A stretch of 64,000 nt of DNA. Source: Thermaerobacter marianensis (GTDB lineage: Bacteria; Bacillota; Sulfobacillia; DVGY01). Position 1 is the first letter of the stretch. Each line of letters starts with the position of its first letter. The DNA is taken from assembly GCA_020724425.1 (NCBI GenBank), contig DYGY01000001.1, forward strand, positions 19,080 through 83,079, in the 5' to 3' direction. The notes below the pieces were generated by a model that saw nothing but the letters and a program-made list of their open reading frames with translations, was not told the origin of the DNA and made no database searches. The translations under genes were made by a program, and so were the position numbers. Shown here piece by piece: positions 59,802 through 64,000 of this stretch.

Positions 59802-60706
59802 TGGGTATGGAGAGATTAGAATTTACAAGCACTCAAGAGATGAGACTAGATATCTTCTTGACTGAAACTACCGGGAAAGATTTTTCCCGGTCTTTTTGGC
59901 AGAAGCTAATTAAAGATGGGCATGTACAGGTAAATGGCAAAATAGTATCTAAGGTAGGGTATAAGCTTAGTTTTGCTGATCTGGTTTCTGTAGAGTATAA
60001 GGAACCTGCCAAACCTACGGTTAAGGCAGAAGAGATTCCCCTTGATATCCTCTATGAGGATGATGATATTCTGGTAATCAATAAGTCAAGGGGTATGGTG
60101 GTGCATCCTGCTCCAGGAAACTATTCGGGTACCCTAGTTAATGCATTGCTAGCCTATCTACCTGACTGGCAGGGAATTAAGGGGACCCAGAGACCGGGAA
60201 TAGTTCACAGACTTGATAAAGATACAACAGGACTTTTGGTTGTAGCTAAAAATGATCAGTCTCTTTTTAATCTGGCAAGACAAATAAAGGATAGAGAGGT
60301 AACTAGGGAGTATCTGGCTCTGGTTAGAGGTGTTCCTCCGGTAGAAAAGGGACTTATTGATGCTCCGATTGGCAGACATCCTGTTGATAGAAAAAAGATG
60401 GCTGTTATCCCCGGTAAAGGTAGACCAGCAAGAACTCATTTCACTCTAGAGGAGTCTTTTGGTGATAGGGCATTATTAAGGCTTAAGCTTGATACAGGGA
60501 GAACCCATCAGATCCGTGTTCATCTAGCCTATATCGGTTATCCGGTTCTTGGTGATGAAACCTATGGAAAAAAGGAAGACTACACTGGTCAGTTGCTACA
60601 TGCAAGAAGACTGGCATTTAAGCATCCACAGACCAATGAAGAACTAGAATTCACTGTTGAGCTTCCAAAAGACTTTCAAGAGGTATTAAGGGGCCTTAGA
60701 AAATGA
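59798..60706 (+). CDS. rluD: RluA/RluD family 23S rRNA pseudouridine synthase
   Basis: S4 domain, GIVHRLDKDTTG, GRTHQIRVH. Confidence 0.93.
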   Translation: MMGMERLEFTSTQEMRLDIFLTETTGKDFSRSFWQKLIKDGHVQVNGKIVSKVGYKLSFADLVSVEYKEPAKPTVKAEEIPLDILYEDDDILVINKSRGMVVHPAPGNYSGTLVNALLAYLPDWQGIKGTQRPGIVHRLDKDTTGLLVVAKNDQSLFNLARQIKDREVTREYLALVRGVPPVEKGLIDAPIGRHPVDRKKMAVIPGKGRPARTHFTLEESFGDRALLRLKLDTGRTHQIRVHLAYIGYPVLGDETYGKKEDYTGQLLHARRLAFKHPQTNEELEFTVELPKDFQEVLRGLRK

Positions 60707-61131
60707 GACTCTGGTCTATCCATCCCTGTTATCTAGATAGGCAGGGACTTCTAGCTGTCTGGAGAGAGGCTCTTCTAGCTCAACAGGTGCTCCTAGGAGC
60801 TACCAAGGGATATGGGAAACATCCTCAGCTGGACAGGTTCAAAAAGCAAAAGGAACCTCTAAGGGCTATTGCAGCCTATCTAACAGGTATCCATCAGGAG
60901 GCAGAAGCTAGAGGTTATGCTTTTGACAAAGAGAAAATTCTAACTCTGCCTCAGACAGAGAAGATATTGGTAACAGAAGGGCAGCTTTATTATGAGTGGG
61001 AACACTTCTTAAGCAAACTGCGATTACGTGATGAAAAGCGATACCAAGAACTCAAAGACCTTAAGAGGATAAAACCTCATTGTCTTTTTAGTATGGTTCA
61101 AGGGAACATAGAGAGCTTTGAAAGGAGATAA
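60703..61131 (+). CDS. Pyrimidine-dimer DNA glycosylase / T4 endonuclease V family protein
   Basis: MRLWS.HP.YLD..GL.A.WRE.LLA, GY..HPQL.RF, EA..RGY.FD. Confidence 0.88.
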   Translation: MRLWSIHPCYLDRQGLLAVWREALLAQQVLLGATKGYGKHPQLDRFKKQKEPLRAIAAYLTGIHQEAEARGYAFDKEKILTLPQTEKILVTEGQLYYEWEHFLSKLRLRDEKRYQELKDLKRIKPHCLFSMVQGNIESFERR

Positions 61132-61133
61132 CC

Positions 61134-61610
61134 ATGGAGACAGTTACAGTGATGATAGAGATACCAAAGGGAAGTAGAAACAAGTATGAGTATGACAAGG
61201 AAAAGGGTATGCTTAGGTTTGATCGGATGCTTTTTTCTGCTATTCACTATCCTAGTGACTATGGCTTCATTCTTGATACCCTAGCCTTGGATGGAGATGC
61301 TTTAGATGCATTGGTTCTTGTTTGGGAACCTACCTTCCCAGGTTGTATCATTGAAGCTAAACCTGTTGGCCTATTCAAGATGTGGGATGAAAAAGGACCT
61401 GATGAGAAGATTCTTTGTGTACCGGTTAATGATCCTCTCTGGAACCATATTGATAGACTAGAAGGAGTTCCACCTCATCTTCTAAAAGAGATTGAACATT
61501 TCTTTTCGGTATATAAGGATCTTGAAAAGAAGAAGGTAGGGGTGGAAGGCTGGGAAGACAAGGAAGCAGCTATCAAGGTAATTATAGAGGCTCAGGCCAG
61601 ATATGAATAG
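61134..61610 (+). CDS. ppa: Family I soluble inorganic pyrophosphatase
   Basis: EIPKGS.NKYE, DR.L, YP.DYGF, DGDALD, D.KILCVP, HFF..YK.LE. Confidence 0.93.
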   Translation: METVTVMIEIPKGSRNKYEYDKEKGMLRFDRMLFSAIHYPSDYGFILDTLALDGDALDALVLVWEPTFPGCIIEAKPVGLFKMWDEKGPDEKILCVPVNDPLWNHIDRLEGVPPHLLKEIEHFFSVYKDLEKKKVGVEGWEDKEAAIKVIIEAQARYE

Positions 61611-61631
61611 GGTGGTACATTACCACCCTAT
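61609..61631. terminator. Hairpin between convergent ppa and ATP-grasp genes
   Basis: TAGGGTGGTA-CAT-TACCACCCTA perfect inverted repeat. Confidence 0.65.
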
Positions 61632-62434
61632 GATGCTCTTTTATCTGGCATAAGGGGTTGTGGAGGTTCAGGCTCATCAACCCTGTTGATATATTCATGA
61701 ATAGTATTTGGTATATCAATACCCGCTAAATTAAGAGCCTGATTACCAAACATGATGTTAAACTCAAAGAAATATAAGTGGTTATTGTGGATTGCCACAT
61801 CAAACCCAGCATGGTTAATACCAAGAGTTTCTGCTAGTTTTTCTACAAGGTCAATGGCTTCTCTAGGTATGGGGCTATAGTCTATTCTACCACCTTGGGC
61901 TACATTGTTCTTAAATGATCCCTCATTTATCCGCCAGTATCCTGCTATGGCGCCAGAACCCACATAAACTATTCTCATATCCCTATCTATTTCTAGATAT
62001 TCTTGGATGTAGAGTATGTCATTGCTTTTTAGGTATTGTTCTAGTTCATTCTGATTAGTGATGAGGTAAACTCCTTTGCCCATGGAGTTCCGTATCTCTT
62101 TAGCTACAAAGGGATAGGAGAATTCCTCAAGGATTATATTCTTAGCCAGTTCGTTGTTTGGTAGAATTCTTGTATAGGGTAAATGTTCTGGCAATACTCC
62201 CTTGATAGCTCTTGTCATCTCTACCTTGTTATGGCCTAGATGATAGGAGTTTATGGAGGGAAAAATCTTCTTTTTCCAAGCATAGTGCAAAAGGTTGACC
62301 TGCCAGTATTCTGGGAAGAGAATCCAGTTGGCGTTCAAGATGATCTCCCTTTCTTTGAAAATTAGCTCAGGTTTAACATATGAGGTATTGGGTATACCAA
62401 GAGTCCTAAAGGGATCAAAGGAAATGTTTTTCAA
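61628..62434 (-). CDS. RimK-like ATP-grasp protein
   Basis: NKVEMTRA, YPFVAK...SMG.GV.L, QEYL..DRD.R, N.AQGG, GFD, E.N..FG. Confidence 0.85.
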   Translation of the reverse strand: MKNISFDPFRTLGIPNTSYVKPELIFKEREIILNANWILFPEYWQVNLLHYAWKKKIFPSINSYHLGHNKVEMTRAIKGVLPEHLPYTRILPNNELAKNIILEEFSYPFVAKEIRNSMGKGVYLITNQNELEQYLKSNDILYIQEYLEIDRDMRIVYVGSGAIAGYWRINEGSFKNNVAQGGRIDYSPIPREAIDLVEKLAETLGINHAGFDVAIHNNHLYFFEFNIMFGNQALNLAGIDIPNTIHEYINRVDEPEPPQPLMPDKRAS

Positions 62435-62589
62435 CCTCGCACTCTCCAGTCTGATTAGTGTCTAATAAATATTAAAATATCTTTGTATTTTTTGTCAATT
62501 AAAATTGTTGGTAAAGGATTTTGGTCATAGTCATATAAATAGGCTCTTGACAGACATCTTGGCCATGTGGTAGTTTCTAACTAGTATAA

Positions 62590-63237
<648 letters not shown>

Positions 63238-63245
63238 GTTGTAGG

Positions 63246-63336
63246 TCCTTTAAAGACGGTCCCGTGAGGCCGGCAAGGGCGCTCAGCGTAAGCGATCGTT
63301 CTAGCCCCTTATGGGAAACCGTAGGGGGCTTTTTAT
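63246..63336 (+). promoter_or_regulatory. Second PyrR-binding attenuator upstream of uraA
   Basis: CCTTTAAA.ACGGTCCCGTGAGGCCGGCAAGG; terminator AGCCCCTT...GGGGGCT followed by TTTT. Confidence 0.85.
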
Positions 63337-63358
63337 ATTATCCTAGGAGGGGAAGATT

Positions 63359-64000
63359 ATGGAGGGGTTAAGCAGGGGTAAGGTAGCAATCTTGGGTATG
63401 CAGCATGTTTTGGCTATGTTTGGGGCAACTATTCTGGTACCAATGTTAACAGGTCTTGATATTTCTGTAGCACTCTTTACTTCAGCAGTTGGGACACTCT
63501 TGTTCCAGCTGATTACTAAAGGAGAGGTACCTGCTTATTTGGGTTCATCCTTTGCTTTTATTGGCCCAATTATTGCGGCTAAGGAAGGTTATGGTGTTTC
63601 TGCAGCTTTAGGTGGCATTATCGTGGCTGGTCTTGTTTATCTTTTGGCTTCAGCAGTGATAAGGCATTTGGGTGTTGATGTGGTGAGAAGATATTTACCA
63701 CCTGTTGTTGTTGGTCCTGTAATCATCAGTATTGGTCTTAGTCTGGCCCCTGTTGCTAAAGATATGGCTGAGAGCAATCTTTGGTTAGCATTCTTTACTC
63801 TAGCTGTGACGATTGTGGTAAGTACGTTTGCTAAAGGTTTCTTTAGGGTCTTACCGATTCTTATCGGTGTTTCTGCTGGATATGTTCTGGCAATCATTCT
63901 AGGGTTAGTTGATTTTTCTGGTTGGTATGAGGCTGCTTGGCTTGGGGTACCTGCTTTTGTTAGACCTAGTTTTAGTCTGCCAGCGATAACAATCATTGCT
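63359..64000 (+). CDS. uraA: Uracil permease (NCS2 family), truncated by the window end
   Basis: Manual translation MEGLSRGKVAILGMQHVLAMFGATILVP...PAYLGSSFAFI...PPVVVGPVI..IG; not in the ORF track. Confidence 0.92.
   Translation, partial: MEGLSRGKVAILGMQHVLAMFGATILVPMLTGLDISVALFTSAVGTLLFQLITKGEVPAYLGSSFAFIGPIIAAKEGYGVSAALGGIIVAGLVYLLASAVIRHLGVDVVRRYLPPVVVGPVIISIGLSLAPVAKDMAESNLWLAFFTLAVTIVVSTFAKGFFRVLPILIGVSAGYVLAIILGLVDFSGWYEAAWLGVPAFVRPSFSLPAITIIA

Overview
A 64-kb stretch of core chromosome from an AT-rich, spore-forming anaerobic Bacillota (clostridia-like) organism, almost all on the + strand. Gene order: pbp1A (partial, minus strand), tyrS, yunB, an ABC exporter-JAB-nadE operon, a polar amino-acid ABC importer, a ZIP transporter, a D,D-carboxypeptidase, yebC-bofC-ruvCAB, a frameshifted DUF2905 gene, sigI-rsgI, queA-tgt-yajC, and a 2-oxoacid:ferredoxin oxidoreductase/glutamate dehydrogenase/methylmalonyl-CoA cluster. 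Next come a small Zn-ribbon ORF, 5-formyl-THF cyclo-ligase, tRNA-Ala(CGC), the dcw cluster (without murD or ftsA), spoIIGA-sigE-sigG-spoIIR, the ylm cluster, T-box-ileS and a racemase-amidohydrolase-FemABX trio. The window ends with lspA-rluD, a small accessory insert (T4 endoV-like glycosylase, family I PPase, ATP-grasp) and pyrR-uraA with two PyrR attenuators. The best signals are not in the ORF track: (1) a 32-aa leader ORF followed by mutually exclusive hairpins and a terminator ahead of the ABC-JAB-nadE operon, a candidate new ribosome-mediated attenuator or arrest peptide; (2) a decayed tnpB/omegaRNA right-end remnant whose would-be guide covers the spoIIR stop codon; (3) a 52-aa Zn-ribbon microprotein; (4) a multiply frameshifted DUF2905 pseudogene next to an inserted sigI-rsgI pair. 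All family assignments come from motif recognition by eye; no database searches or folding calculations were run.
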